DNA from: Calditrichales bacterium
GTDB taxonomy: Bacteria > Calditrichota > Calditrichia > Calditrichales > J004
NCBI GenBank assembly: GCA_965267575.1
Contig: OZ254086.1
Coordinates: forward strand, 2,880,001-2,944,000
DNA length: 64,000 nt
Reading direction: 5' to 3'
In this document: positions 27,529 to 37,650 of the stretch, piece by piece
How positions within the stretch are numbered: position 1 is the first letter of the stretch
Layout: every line of letters starts with the position of its first letter
Notes under the pieces: generated by a model
Database searches by the model: none
The model's input: only the letters and a program-made list of their open reading frames with translations
What the model was told of the DNA's origin: nothing
Position numbers and translations under genes: made by a program

Positions 27529-30500
27529 ATGAAATCCCCTGTAGAAGCATACACTCCTAAAAATAAAGTACGAATCGTAACAGCCGCCTCCCTTTTTGAC
27601 GGCCACGATGCCGCTATCAATATTATGCGCCGCATTATCCAGGCGACAGGCTGCGAGGTGATCCATCTGGGACATGATCGCAGCGTCGAAGAGGTTGTCA
27701 ACTGCGCCATACAGGAAGACGCCCAGGCCATTGCCATGACTTCCTACCAGGGCGGACATATCGAATATTTTAAATATATGTATGATCTGCTGAAGGAGAA
27801 GGGCGCATCACATATCAAAATATTCGGTGGTGGCGGCGGGGTTATTTTGCCCGAAGAGATTAAAGAACTGCACGAATATGGCATAACACGCATTTATTCG
27901 CCGGACGACGGCCGGGAAATGGGGCTGCAGGGCATGATTAACGACCTGGTGAAGCAGAGTGATTTTCCCACCGGCAGCACGCTAAACGGCGAATGGAGAA
28001 GCGTTGACCGCGATGATCACCGCAGCCTGGCCCGCATGATCTCAGCAGCCGAAAATTTTGCCGATAAGTGGAACACCGATCTGGAGAACATACGCGCTCA
28101 GGCCAAAAAGACAAAAGTGCCGGTACTGGGCATTACCGGGACCGGTGGCGCGGGAAAGTCCAGCATGATTGACGAACTTGTGCGCCGCTTTCTGATAGAC
28201 TTTTCCAACAAATATATCGGAGTGATCAGCGTTGATCCATCCAAGCGCAAAACCGGCGGGGCACTGCTGGGTGACCGCATCCGCATGAATGCCATAAAAA
28301 GTAACCGCGTCTATATGCGTTCCCTTGCCACGCGCCAGGCCAACCTGGCCCTTTCGCGCCATATATCCGACGCTGTGGCTATCCTGAAGGCCGCAGGGTT
28401 TGATATGATCATCCTGGAGACTTCCGGTATCGGTCAGTCGGATACAGAGATTGTTGACCACAGCGATGTGAGCCTGTACCTGATGACGCCGGAATTTGGC
28501 GCGGCCACACAGCTTGAAAAAATAGATATGCTGGACTTTGCCGACCTGGTGGCTATAAACAAGTTTGATAAGCGCGGAGCCCAGGACGCCCTTCGTGACG
28601 TGAAGAAGCAGTATAAGCGCAACCGCGGACTTTTTGAAGCTTCGGATGAAGATATTCCTGTTTTTGGCACGATAGCTTCACAGTTCAATGATCCGGGTAC
28701 CAACACGCTTTACCGCCATGTGATGGAGAAGATTGCCGAAAAAACGCAAGCCAAACTTAAAACATCCTTCCACAGCGACCGCGAGATGTCCGAGAAAATT
28801 TTTATTATCCCGCCGCAGCGTACGCGCTATCTTTCGGAGATCGCCGAGAATAACCGCAACTACGATACATGGGTAACAAAACAGGTTGGCGTGGCGCAAA
28901 AGCTTTACGGCCTGCATAATGCAATCGAAACGATAAAAGAGAGCAACGCGGAAGACAAAGACCGTCTGCTTAAAGGCTTGCACGAGCAATTTGAGACGCT
29001 GAAGCTTGACCTTGACCCGCGTTGCTGGCAGGTTATTGAAGAGTGGCCCGAAAAAAAACAGCGCTACAAAAAAGATGAGTTTGTGTTCACCGTGCGTGAC
29101 AAGGAAATCCGCCTGAAGACGCACCACGAGAGCCTGTCGCACACACGTGTTCCGCGCATTGCCTTGCCCCGTTTTGAAGGCTGGGGTGATATTCTGCGCT
29201 GGAGCCTGACGGAAAACGTTCCTGGCGAATTTCCATTCGCCGCAGGCATTTACCCCTTTAAGCGTGAGGGAGAAGATCCCACGCGCATGTTTGCCGGAGA
29301 AGGCGGCCCGGAGCGCACAAACCGCCGCTTCCACTATGTAAGCGAAGGCATGCCGGCCAAGCGGCTTTCCACGGCTTTTGATTCCGTGACCCTGTATGGC
29401 AACGACCCCGACCACCGTCCTGATATTTACGGCAAAGTGGGTAATTCCGGTGTTTCCATCTGCTGCCTGGACGACGCCAAACGGCTCTATTCCGGCTTCA
29501 ACCTGGCCGATCCCAAGACTTCTGTTTCCATGACCATAAACGGGCCGGCGCCGATGCTGCTTGGCTTTTTCATGAACGCCGCCATCGACCAGCAGTGCGA
29601 GATATATATCCGCAATAACGGCATGGAAGACGAGGTAAAGAAAAAGGTTGCCGCGTTTTTTAAGGAAAAAGGCGAAAAGCAACCGCAATATCGCGGCGAT
29701 CTGCCGTCCTCCAACGACGGACTGGGCCTGATGCTCCTGGGCATTTCCGGCGATAAGGTGCTTGCGCCCGAGACGTACGAAAAGATCAAGGCCGACACCT
29801 TAAAGCAGGTCCGCGGCACCGTTCAGGCCGATATCCTCAAAGAAGACCAGGCACAAAACACCTGCATTTTTTCCACGGAGTTTGCCTTGCGCCTGATGGG
29901 TGACGTGCAGGAGTATTTTATCGGGCACGGTGTGCGGAATTTCTATTCGGTTTCCATTTCCGGCTACCATATTGCCGAAGCCGGGGCCAATCCCATTACG
30001 CAGCTGGCGCTTACGCTGGCCAACGGATTCACTTATGTGGAGTATTATCTCAGCCGCGGCATGGATATCAACAAATTCGCGCCCAATCTCAGCTTTTTCT
30101 TTTCCAACGGCGTGGATCCCGAATATGCTGTCATCGGTCGTGTGGCGCGGCGCATCTGGGCCAAGGCCATGAAAAACAAGTATGGCGCCAACGCCCGTTC
30201 TCAAATGCTTAAATATCATATTCAAACATCAGGGCGATCGCTTCATGCCCAGGAGATAGATTTTAACGATATCCGCACCACCTTGCAGGCGCTGTATGCC
30301 ATTTACGATAACTGCAACAGTCTGCACACCAACGCTTACGATGAAGCTATCACTACGCCGACGGAAGAATCCGTGCGCCGGGCTATGGCCATCCAGCTGA
30401 TCATCAACAAAGAGCTGGGCCTTGCCAAGAATGAGAATCCGCTGCAAGGCGCCTTTATCATTGAGGAATTGACCGACCTCGTGGAAGAGGCCGTCTACGC

Positions 30501-30912
30501 GGAATTCGACCGGCTGACCGAACGCGGTGGCGTGCTGGGCGCGATGGAAACGATGTACCAACGCAGCAAAATCCAGGAAGAAAGTCTATACTACGAAACG
30601 CTCAAACACAGCGGCGAATATCCCATCATCGGCGTTAATACATTCCTGAGCTCCAAAGGCTCGCCAACTACCACGGCGCGGGAAGTGATACGTTCCAGCA
30701 AAGAAGAGAAGGAATCGCAGATTGCCAGCCTGAACGATCTGCATAAGCGCTATGAAAGTGAAGCCCGCGAAAATCTGAAGGCTGTTCAAAACGCGGCCGT
30801 TGAAAACCGCAACATTTTTGAACAATTGATGGAAGCAACAAAGGTATGTTCGCTGGGACAGATTACGCAGGCGCTGTTTGAGGTTGGCGGCCAATACAGA
30901 CGCAATATGTAA
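27529..30912 (+). CDS. icmF: Fused isobutyryl-CoA mutase / MeaB-like GTPase (B12-dependent)
   Basis: N-terminal B12 domain DGHDAA, P-loop [13 protein letters not shown], mutase PTRMFAGEG and HIQTSGRSL. Confidence 0.9.
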   Translation: MKSPVEAYTPKNKVRIVTAASLFDGHDAAINIMRRIIQATGCEVIHLGHDRSVEEVVNCAIQEDAQAIAMTSYQGGHIEYFKYMYDLLKEKGASHIKIFGGGGGVILPEEIKELHEYGITRIYSPDDGREMGLQGMINDLVKQSDFPTGSTLNGEWRSVDRDDHRSLARMISAAENFADKWNTDLENIRAQAKKTKVPVLGITGTGGAGKSSMIDELVRRFLIDFSNKYIGVISVDPSKRKTGGALLGDRIRMNAIKSNRVYMRSLATRQANLALSRHISDAVAILKAAGFDMIILETSGIGQSDTEIVDHSDVSLYLMTPEFGAATQLEKIDMLDFADLVAINKFDKRGAQDALRDVKKQYKRNRGLFEASDEDIPVFGTIASQFNDPGTNTLYRHVMEKIAEKTQAKLKTSFHSDREMSEKIFIIPPQRTRYLSEIAENNRNYDTWVTKQVGVAQKLYGLHNAIETIKESNAEDKDRLLKGLHEQFETLKLDLDPRCWQVIEEWPEKKQRYKKDEFVFTVRDKEIRLKTHHESLSHTRVPRIALPRFEGWGDILRWSLTENVPGEFPFAAGIYPFKREGEDPTRMFAGEGGPERTNRRFHYVSEGMPAKRLSTAFDSVTLYGNDPDHRPDIYGKVGNSGVSICCLDDAKRLYSGFNLADPKTSVSMTINGPAPMLLGFFMNAAIDQQCEIYIRNNGMEDEVKKKVAAFFKEKGEKQPQYRGDLPSSNDGLGLMLLGISGDKVLAPETYEKIKADTLKQVRGTVQADILKEDQAQNTCIFSTEFALRLMGDVQEYFIGHGVRNFYSVSISGYHIAEAGANPITQLALTLANGFTYVEYYLSRGMDINKFAPNLSFFFSNGVDPEYAVIGRVARRIWAKAMKNKYGANARSQMLKYHIQTSGRSLHAQEIDFNDIRTTLQALYAIYDNCNSLHTNAYDEAITTPTEESVRRAMAIQLIINKELGLAKNENPLQGAFIIEELTDLVEEAVYAEFDRLTERGGVLGAMETMYQRSKIQEESLYYETLKHSGEYPIIGVNTFLSSKGSPTTTAREVIRSSKEEKESQIASLNDLHKRYESEARENLKAVQNAAVENRNIFEQLMEATKVCSLGQITQALFEVGGQYRRNM

Positions 30913-30960
30913 AAACGACCATTAAAAACTCACCAGCTTTGAAGGGGAGGCGTAGGCAGT

Positions 30961-31830
30961 ATGAAAATAGGTTTTATCGGAACAGGATTGATGGGCAGCC
31001 GCATGGTGCAACGCCTGCTGATGGCCGGACATGAGGTGACAGTTTATAACCGGACCCTGGAAAAGGCGCAGCCTTTGGAAAAGCAAGGAGCCAGATTGGC
31101 GGAGTTGCCGTCACAAGCCGCGCGCAGTGCGGAAGTGGTTTTCAGTATGCTGGCTGAGCCCGACGTGGTGCGCAATGTGGCGATGGATGAATTCGGCTTT
31201 CTGGAGGCGATGGATCATGCGGCATTGTGGGTAGACTGCAGCACGACAAATCCGGGGTTTGCCCGCGATATGGAAAACGAAGCCCGCAAGCGCGGCGTGC
31301 GTTTTGTGGACGCGCCTGTGGCCGGAACGACTGTGACGGTAGAAAATGGCGCGCTGATGTTTTTGTGCGGAGGCGAAAAAGGCGATATTGAATCGCTGCG
31401 TCCGCTGCTGGAGGTTATGGGCAATCGCGTATTGCATGTTGGCAAAGCAGGGCAGGGTAACGCGCTAAAGCTTCTGCTTAATCACTTACTGGCTACCTCT
31501 ATGGCGGCATTTGCCGAGGCCCTGACCCTGGGTGAGGCGCTTAATATTGACAAGGACATGCTGTTGGAGGTGCTGCCGGGAAGCTCGGTGGCCGCGCCGT
31601 TTATTGGCATGAAAAAAGAAAAGCTGAGCACAAACGTTTTTGAAGCGCAGTTCCCGCTAAAATGGATGCACAAGGATTTACGCATGGTGGCGCGCAGTGC
31701 TGCCGAAAAAGGTGCCGCCATGCCGCTGGCAGCAATCACCAAAGAGCTTTACCACCTGGCTATGCGCCACGGCCTGGGCGAAGAAGATTTTTCGGCTATC
31801 TATAAATTTATCAGTGAGAAAGAAGGATAA
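30961..31830 (+). CDS. Beta-hydroxyacid dehydrogenase (3-hydroxyisobutyrate dehydrogenase family)
   Basis: GFIGTGLMG, DAPVAG, catalytic Lys in ALKLLLN, KDL. Confidence 0.88.
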   Translation: MKIGFIGTGLMGSRMVQRLLMAGHEVTVYNRTLEKAQPLEKQGARLAELPSQAARSAEVVFSMLAEPDVVRNVAMDEFGFLEAMDHAALWVDCSTTNPGFARDMENEARKRGVRFVDAPVAGTTVTVENGALMFLCGGEKGDIESLRPLLEVMGNRVLHVGKAGQGNALKLLLNHLLATSMAAFAEALTLGEALNIDKDMLLEVLPGSSVAAPFIGMKKEKLSTNVFEAQFPLKWMHKDLRMVARSAAEKGAAMPLAAITKELYHLAMRHGLGEEDFSAIYKFISEKEG

Positions 31831-31845
31831 AAATAGCCTGCTGGT

Positions 31846-32658
31846 TCAGTAAATATGTATTGTTGCGTTCTTAGTGCCGGCTGAGTGTGTATTTCCGAAA
31901 CTATCCCGGATAATAAAACCCGGTTGTATTGTCACCTTGGTATTGCCCGTTAAACTGTTGGAATAAAAACGGGTTCTTAATAATCGCCCTGAGCCGCTGA
32001 CATTCATCGTACCATCATTATCTTTAAGCCCGCATTTGTAATTTATTAGACCTATGTTTTCATCTTTTTCAACAGCATAATAGGCCTCGTTTTCTTCGCG
32101 AGAAAAATAGCCGCCAACGGATTCATCATCATAAATAACTGATCGGCTGTACCTCAGACTGTCTGGATTATAGCGTAGAGCAAATTCAATATCACTTATG
32201 GCAGGCATTTCGGCTACAATAAATTCCAAATTAAAAGGTACGTCGACCCCTACGGAGTCCGCGTCTGGTCTTAGATATAGCGTAAGATGTGAAAAAACAG
32301 GCAGTTTAATAAACCTATAGTATTTCAGAATAGTGTTTCCATACGGGTAGGCTAGGTAAACACCGAATAGATTTAGCCCTATTTCTGGGTTTTCAAACGT
32401 AATTATGCCATCTTCCTGAACCGGGCGAATAATATCTTTGTACTTATAGCTCATATCAGCATATTGGTTTGGCTTTCCGAATCGGTAGATTACTATGTCG
32501 TCGTTAAGCACTTCAAACGGTCCGGGTCCTTCAAGTTGTGTTATTTTTAGCGGCTGGTAGTTGGGACCTGTTGGATCAAATGGTCCACGTTCAGGAGTTT
32601 CAGGAAGACAACTAAATAATCCAAGGCATATCAAGTAAATCAAACTTAAACGAACCAT
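31846..32658 (-). CDS. Lipoprotein with C-terminal cohesin-like beta-sandwich
   Basis: Lipobox LFSC; F-x-L-x-Y-N-P-D-S-L and VSGSGRLL patterns; paralog of upstream gene. Confidence 0.65.
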   Translation of the reverse strand: MVRLSLIYLICLGLFSCLPETPERGPFDPTGPNYQPLKITQLEGPGPFEVLNDDIVIYRFGKPNQYADMSYKYKDIIRPVQEDGIITFENPEIGLNLFGVYLAYPYGNTILKYYRFIKLPVFSHLTLYLRPDADSVGVDVPFNLEFIVAEMPAISDIEFALRYNPDSLRYSRSVIYDDESVGGYFSREENEAYYAVEKDENIGLINYKCGLKDNDGTMNVSGSGRLLRTRFYSNSLTGNTKVTIQPGFIIRDSFGNTHSAGTKNATIHIY

Positions 32659-32762
32659 TTAATTAAACCTCTAATATAACCTCAAAACCGTTGGCTGTTT
32701 TAATTCAAGAAAAAACTTGGTACGATGTAATCCAATCAGCATTTGAATTAATTAACGGGATT

Positions 32763-33587
32763 TTAATAAACCGTAATCCCTTTGCTAATTATGTTTACCG
32801 GAATTGTCTGGTCAGCACTATTCATAACAACGATATTTTCAAGGATATCAATCTTTGTTTCGCCTATTAAATCCTTGCTATAAAATCGTAATGTTGCCAG
32901 TCTCCCGGATCCGCTATTATTCGTATTTCCGTCGTTGTTTTTGATACCAATATTAAAACTTATCTCTCCGGCTGAACTGTTATTGTCGACCTCTTTATAA
33001 ATATTTATGCCGTCTCCAGCAAAAAAGCTTCCAAGGACTTTATCACTTAATATTACTGCAATACTATACTGCAAGCTGTCGGTATTAAAACTGATTGTAA
33101 AATTCATATCACTGATTGGGGGCATTTCGGATAAAACGATTTCCACATTAAACGAACTGGATGTTTCCACAGAATCAAATTCGGGAATTACATAAATAGC
33201 GGTTTGTAAAGGTCCGACTTTTATGAAGTTATAGCCTTGAGAAATACTCGAGCCGTCTGGATATGATAGATTAACAAAAAAACTATGAAAGCCTAACTTA
33301 GGATGCATGAAAGATATACTTCCATCATCTGCAACAGGTCTGATTTTTTCCATATATTTATAAGTCATTGTAGCTTTTTCGCTGGGTATGGCAAAGCGGT
33401 ATGTAAGTTCATCGGCTTTAACCACCGCATAATCCTCTTCCGGCCCTTCAAGAAGGGTTATTTGTAGGGGGTCATATTCGATTCCGGTGGGATCAAGAGC
33501 TGATCGCTCTAATTTTTCAGGAAGACAGCTTAAGAAAATAAGCGAAATAGAAACAGAAACTAATAACAACTTCATGTTGATCACCAT
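32763..33587 (-). CDS. Lipoprotein with C-terminal cohesin-like beta-sandwich (paralog)
   Basis: Lipobox FLSC; FTISFNTDSL, NSGSGRLATLRF; ATG overlaps PEGA stop (TAATG). Confidence 0.65.
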   Translation of the reverse strand: MVINMKLLLVSVSISLIFLSCLPEKLERSALDPTGIEYDPLQITLLEGPEEDYAVVKADELTYRFAIPSEKATMTYKYMEKIRPVADDGSISFMHPKLGFHSFFVNLSYPDGSSISQGYNFIKVGPLQTAIYVIPEFDSVETSSSFNVEIVLSEMPPISDMNFTISFNTDSLQYSIAVILSDKVLGSFFAGDGINIYKEVDNNSSAGEISFNIGIKNNDGNTNNSGSGRLATLRFYSKDLIGETKIDILENIVVMNSADQTIPVNIISKGITVY

Positions 33588-34318
33588 TAAAAGTAGACAG
33601 ACAGTGTTACAACAGGCTTCTCCCGTATAGATGAAAACCCGATAAATATTGGTTTTTTTGATTCTTCATCAGACGCATTTTCAGATTGCGTATTGAAATA
33701 AGCGTCCAATACACTCCAGCTATAAGCTGCCAAACAGAACGCTCCAAAAATAAAGATTCTATTTCTCTCTTTTTCCAGCGTGTTGTAGACGCTTTCTGCT
33801 TCCTGAAACAACGGCTCATACTGGTCTCGAATTACGTTGTTTTTATATTCCTCTTTTGCCTGAAGATAACGGTCTTTTTGGTCGTTAAAAGTTGAGTATT
33901 GATTAATTGTCATCAATAAAGTTACGATAAATGCTGTGCTTTGCAGAGAACCTTTTACATAGTGGTTGCTAAGTAATTGTCCTGAGCCGGGCAAAAACAA
34001 AGAAAATGTAAGAGCGTTTTCTTTATAGCGATTTACGATAGGGGATAAGGTGGCGTCTATGGTCTGGATACGATCATTGCTGAAACTAACTATATAACTA
34101 GCATGCTGGTAGCCTTCCTGCTTAAGGTCAACTTGTATTGTATCCTTTTGCGTCCTGATAGAATACATTAAAGGGCTTTTACCTATATACTTACCGTCCA
34201 GATAGACATTGGCCCTTGATGGTTTACTGCTCACCCGGATTTGGTTATAGGCTTCTTGTCCATAAACGATCGTTGTTAATGCAAGGATTATTAGCACATA
34301 CTTCCATGTATTTTTCAT
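33587..34318 (-). CDS. PEGA-domain protein with C-terminal membrane/OM segment
   Basis: VSSKPSRANVYLDGKYIGKSP...KQEGY PEGA pattern; SLFLPGSGQL; aromatic C-terminal residue. Confidence 0.75.
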   Translation of the reverse strand: MKNTWKYVLIILALTTIVYGQEAYNQIRVSSKPSRANVYLDGKYIGKSPLMYSIRTQKDTIQVDLKQEGYQHASYIVSFSNDRIQTIDATLSPIVNRYKENALTFSLFLPGSGQLLSNHYVKGSLQSTAFIVTLLMTINQYSTFNDQKDRYLQAKEEYKNNVIRDQYEPLFQEAESVYNTLEKERNRIFIFGAFCLAAYSWSVLDAYFNTQSENASDEESKKPIFIGFSSIREKPVVTLSVYF

Positions 34319-34379
34319 GATAACGCCCATAGCTGGTATAACGTAAGTTAAATAAGTTTACGGGCCAGATATAAAAAAT

Positions 34380-35219
34380 TCAAGAAAAAACTTCATGGGC
34401 GATATTATTTTTGCCGGCCTTTTTTACGTTATACATCAACTCATCCGCGCGGGCGATTAGCTTTTCTGCTTCATCCGGTATGCTGGCCGCGGTAACCGCA
34501 CCAATACTGAAGCTGACCGGCCAGCCGTTTTTTTCCATCTCTTCGAGCAGCAAACCTTGCAACTTCGCGGATGCTTTTCCCGCTGCGTCCTCTCCTGTTT
34601 CGGGCATCAGCACGGCAAATTCATCACCGCCCAAGCGCGCCACCGTGTCATTTTCGCGCACGTTAACGCTCATAGCTGTGGCTACGCGGCGCAAGAGTTC
34701 ATCGCCGGTTTTATGACCGTAACGATCGTTAACAAACTTGAAATTATCCAGGTCGATATAGAGTAATGTTAAGGGATTGCCGTTGCGGCGGGCACGTGCT
34801 ACTTCGGCTTTTAGCACAATATAAAAATAACGGCGATTGGCTACAGCGGTAAGACTGTCGTTAAGGGCCAGCTCGCGCAATTGTACCATTACAACGCGCA
34901 AACGGGAAATAAGATAACCGATGATGATAAAAAAGAGCAGGCGGGTTGCCGTATTCCACCAGGGAATCCAGGGCTCGGAGTAGGTCTCGCCGGCAAGAAG
35001 GTTGGCCGCTTCCCAAAGCAGCGCGCAGGACAAGGCCACAAGCATCGTGCGGTAGGTACCTAAAAACCAGCCTGCCATCACAACGGGAATAGAATAAAAA
35101 ACGGCAAAAGATACTTCATAGCCGGTAAGGTAATCGAGAGAAGCCAGAATAAGCGCAACCACCATGATTGTGGCGACAATCAGCGGTCGCGAAAATTCGC
35201 GGTATACAAAGGGCTGCAT
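34380..35219 (-). CDS. Membrane-bound diguanylate cyclase
   Basis: About 4 TM; DLDNFKFVNDRYGH; RxxD I-site (REND) and GGDEF; start may be 35246. Confidence 0.9.
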   Translation of the reverse strand: MQPFVYREFSRPLIVATIMVVALILASLDYLTGYEVSFAVFYSIPVVMAGWFLGTYRTMLVALSCALLWEAANLLAGETYSEPWIPWWNTATRLLFFIIIGYLISRLRVVMVQLRELALNDSLTAVANRRYFYIVLKAEVARARRNGNPLTLLYIDLDNFKFVNDRYGHKTGDELLRRVATAMSVNVRENDTVARLGGDEFAVLMPETGEDAAGKASAKLQGLLLEEMEKNGWPVSFSIGAVTAASIPDEAEKLIARADELMYNVKKAGKNNIAHEVFS

Positions 35220-35282
35220 GGCAAATCCGTTGCTGATATAAACCACTAAGTTAGGGGAAAGTGATCAACAATGCCATGCCAT

Positions 35283-36653
35283 TTATTTAATGTAGACTGT
35301 CTTGGCGTTTACAAATTCTTTTATCCCGAGATGCGAAAGCTCGCGGCCATAACCGCTTTCCTTTACACCGCCAAATGGCAGGCGCGGATCGGATTTCACA
35401 AACGAATTCACAAAGACATTCCCGCTGTCGATCAGCTTAGTCGCGATATAGCGCCCTTTGTTCAGGTCGCTTGTAAAGACGGCGCCTCCAAGTCCATACG
35501 GCGAGTCGTTGGCGATGCGGATGGCATCTTCGTCATTTTTTGCCGTTATGATCGCCGCGACGGGACCGAACAATTCTTCTTCGTAGGCCGGCATCGCCTT
35601 GCTTACATCGGCCAGAACCGTGGCCGGGTACCAGGCGCCGGGCCTGTCGGGAATAGTACCCCCCGTAAGTCTTTTGGCGCCTTTGGCAAGACTCTGCGCA
35701 ACCTGGTTGTGCAGCGTATCACGAAGATCTTCACGGGCCATCGGGCCAATGTCGCTGTCTTCTGAAAAGGGATCGCCCATTTTTTTGGATTCCATCTTTT
35801 CAACGACTGCTTCCGTAAAAGGCTTGAGTATATCTTTTTCTACAATAAAGCGTTTGGCGGCTATGCAGCTTTGGCCGCTGTTAATCAATCGGCTTGCCAC
35901 GCACGTTTCCGCGGCCATTTCAATATCCGCATCTTTAAGGACGATATAAGGGTCGCTGCCTCCTAACTCCAGCACCGTTTTTTTAAGACGTGAACCGGCG
36001 GCCTGCGCCACAGCTTTTCCCGCGCGCGTGCTTCCGGTCAGCGTAACGGCACGGACATGCTCGTTATCAATAATCGTTTTTTCGACCCTGTCTTTGTTTA
36101 CCACCAATGTGCGGAACAGATTGTCGGGAAAACCGGCCTGCTGAAAAATTTGTTCAATGGCCAGCGCGCAGCCCGTGCTGTTTTCCGAATGCTTTAGTAC
36201 AGCGGCGTTGCCTGCAGCCAGTGCCGGCGCAGCAAAACGAAAAACCTGCCAGAAAGGAAAATTCCAGGGCATAATGGCCAGAACAACGCCCAGCGGCTGG
36301 TAGGTTACAAAACTTTCGGTGGCGTCTGTAGCAATGTGCTCGTCACCCAGAAAATCCGCGGCATGTTCGGCGTAATATTCGCAGACCCAGGCGCATTTTT
36401 CGGCTTCTGAAATACCCTGTTTAAGCGGCTTGCCCATTTCACGGGCCATCAGCTCGGCAAGCTCTTTGGATCGTTTCTTTAGGATAGCGGCGGTTTGGGC
36501 CAGAAAGTGCGCGCGTTGACGTACCGGCAGCAGACGCCATTCCAAGAAGCTTCTGTGACTGCTTTGAATGATTTCGCCGATTTCCTTGTCTGAATGTTCC
36601 TGGTAGGTTTCCAGCTTCTCACCGCTGGCCGGATTTATGGTGGTGATGGTCAT
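35283..36653 (-). CDS. NAD(P)-dependent succinate-semialdehyde dehydrogenase family
   Basis: IMPWNFPFWQ, LELGGSDP, GQSCIAAKR, EELFGP. Confidence 0.9.
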   Translation of the reverse strand: MTITTINPASGEKLETYQEHSDKEIGEIIQSSHRSFLEWRLLPVRQRAHFLAQTAAILKKRSKELAELMAREMGKPLKQGISEAEKCAWVCEYYAEHAADFLGDEHIATDATESFVTYQPLGVVLAIMPWNFPFWQVFRFAAPALAAGNAAVLKHSENSTGCALAIEQIFQQAGFPDNLFRTLVVNKDRVEKTIIDNEHVRAVTLTGSTRAGKAVAQAAGSRLKKTVLELGGSDPYIVLKDADIEMAAETCVASRLINSGQSCIAAKRFIVEKDILKPFTEAVVEKMESKKMGDPFSEDSDIGPMAREDLRDTLHNQVAQSLAKGAKRLTGGTIPDRPGAWYPATVLADVSKAMPAYEEELFGPVAAIITAKNDEDAIRIANDSPYGLGGAVFTSDLNKGRYIATKLIDSGNVFVNSFVKSDPRLPFGGVKESGYGRELSHLGIKEFVNAKTVYIK

Positions 36654-36739
36654 ACATTTCTCCGAGGTTAAAATCCTGATGTGACACGCTTTCGGAAATT
36701 ACATTTTGCCGCTGGGAAATGGCTGTTATATGTCTTACA

Positions 36740-37639
36740 CTACTCAAGGCTGCGCGAATGGCGGATATGACCGTAATTCAAAATCGCAACAAACATGCTT
36801 CCGCCCACGAGATTGCCCAGCAGAGCGAGACCAATAAACCCTGTGGCCTGCAATACTGAAAACTGGTCGCTTACAAACATGGCCGTAAACATTTCCACCG
36901 ATCCGGCAATGGAGTGATGCAATCCGCCAAGACCAATGAGGAAAGTGGTGAAATAGATCGAAACGATCTGCGAAAAGGTGGGCGGTGTGGCCAGCACCAG
37001 CCAGGCGCCCAGGGCCATAAGCCATCCGGCAAGAACGGCGCTGAAGAATATGGCCAGCGAACTGTAGTCGAGCATTTTGACGGCCAGGTAAATATAGCCG
37101 CTTTTAGCCCCGATCACTTCATCGGCCAGCGTAAGCAATCCCGCCGCTATTATTGCGCCGACGAGGTTACCGAAAATTACCAGAACCCAAAGGCGCAATA
37201 AGGTTTTGGGACCTGCCCGGCGATCCAGTACGGGGTAAACCGCCGTTGCTGTGTGTTCGGTAAAAAGCTGTGAGCCGCTCATTATACAGATAACAAACCC
37301 CAGCGGGTAGATCAGCGCTATCAGAAGGTGACGCAGGGAGCTGTTTTCGATACCTTCCAAAGACGCTATGACGCCCACCCCCATGACACTGAATGCCAGG
37401 ATTAGTCCGGCGGCTATGGACGAGAGGATCAGCGAAATGTTGGGACGTTCCAGCTGTTCCAGACCCTCGTTTATGGCATGTTCCAGAACATCATCGGAAT
37501 GGCGCACCACCTCGTCGTTACGTTTGACAATAACCGGAAGGTACTCTTCGTCTTCGCGCCTTCGTACCTGCTGTCTTATCGTTGTTGCGCCGGCTGCCTT
37601 TTCTTTGTTGCCGGGGGTGATGATCTTTTTCTCTTTCAT
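36740..37639 (-). CDS. Formate/nitrite transporter family (YfdC-like)
   Basis: QLFTEHT, GWLMA, HHSIAGS, LGNLVGG; about 6 TM. Confidence 0.85.
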   Translation of the reverse strand: MKEKKIITPGNKEKAAGATTIRQQVRRREDEEYLPVIVKRNDEVVRHSDDVLEHAINEGLEQLERPNISLILSSIAAGLILAFSVMGVGVIASLEGIENSSLRHLLIALIYPLGFVICIMSGSQLFTEHTATAVYPVLDRRAGPKTLLRLWVLVIFGNLVGAIIAAGLLTLADEVIGAKSGYIYLAVKMLDYSSLAIFFSAVLAGWLMALGAWLVLATPPTFSQIVSIYFTTFLIGLGGLHHSIAGSVEMFTAMFVSDQFSVLQATGFIGLALLGNLVGGSMFVAILNYGHIRHSRSLE

Positions 37640-37650
37640 GAAACTCTCTT

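Noticed and set aside
28678..29688. 336-aa antisense ORF
   Set aside because: Lies entirely opposite icmF, with no recognisable domain.
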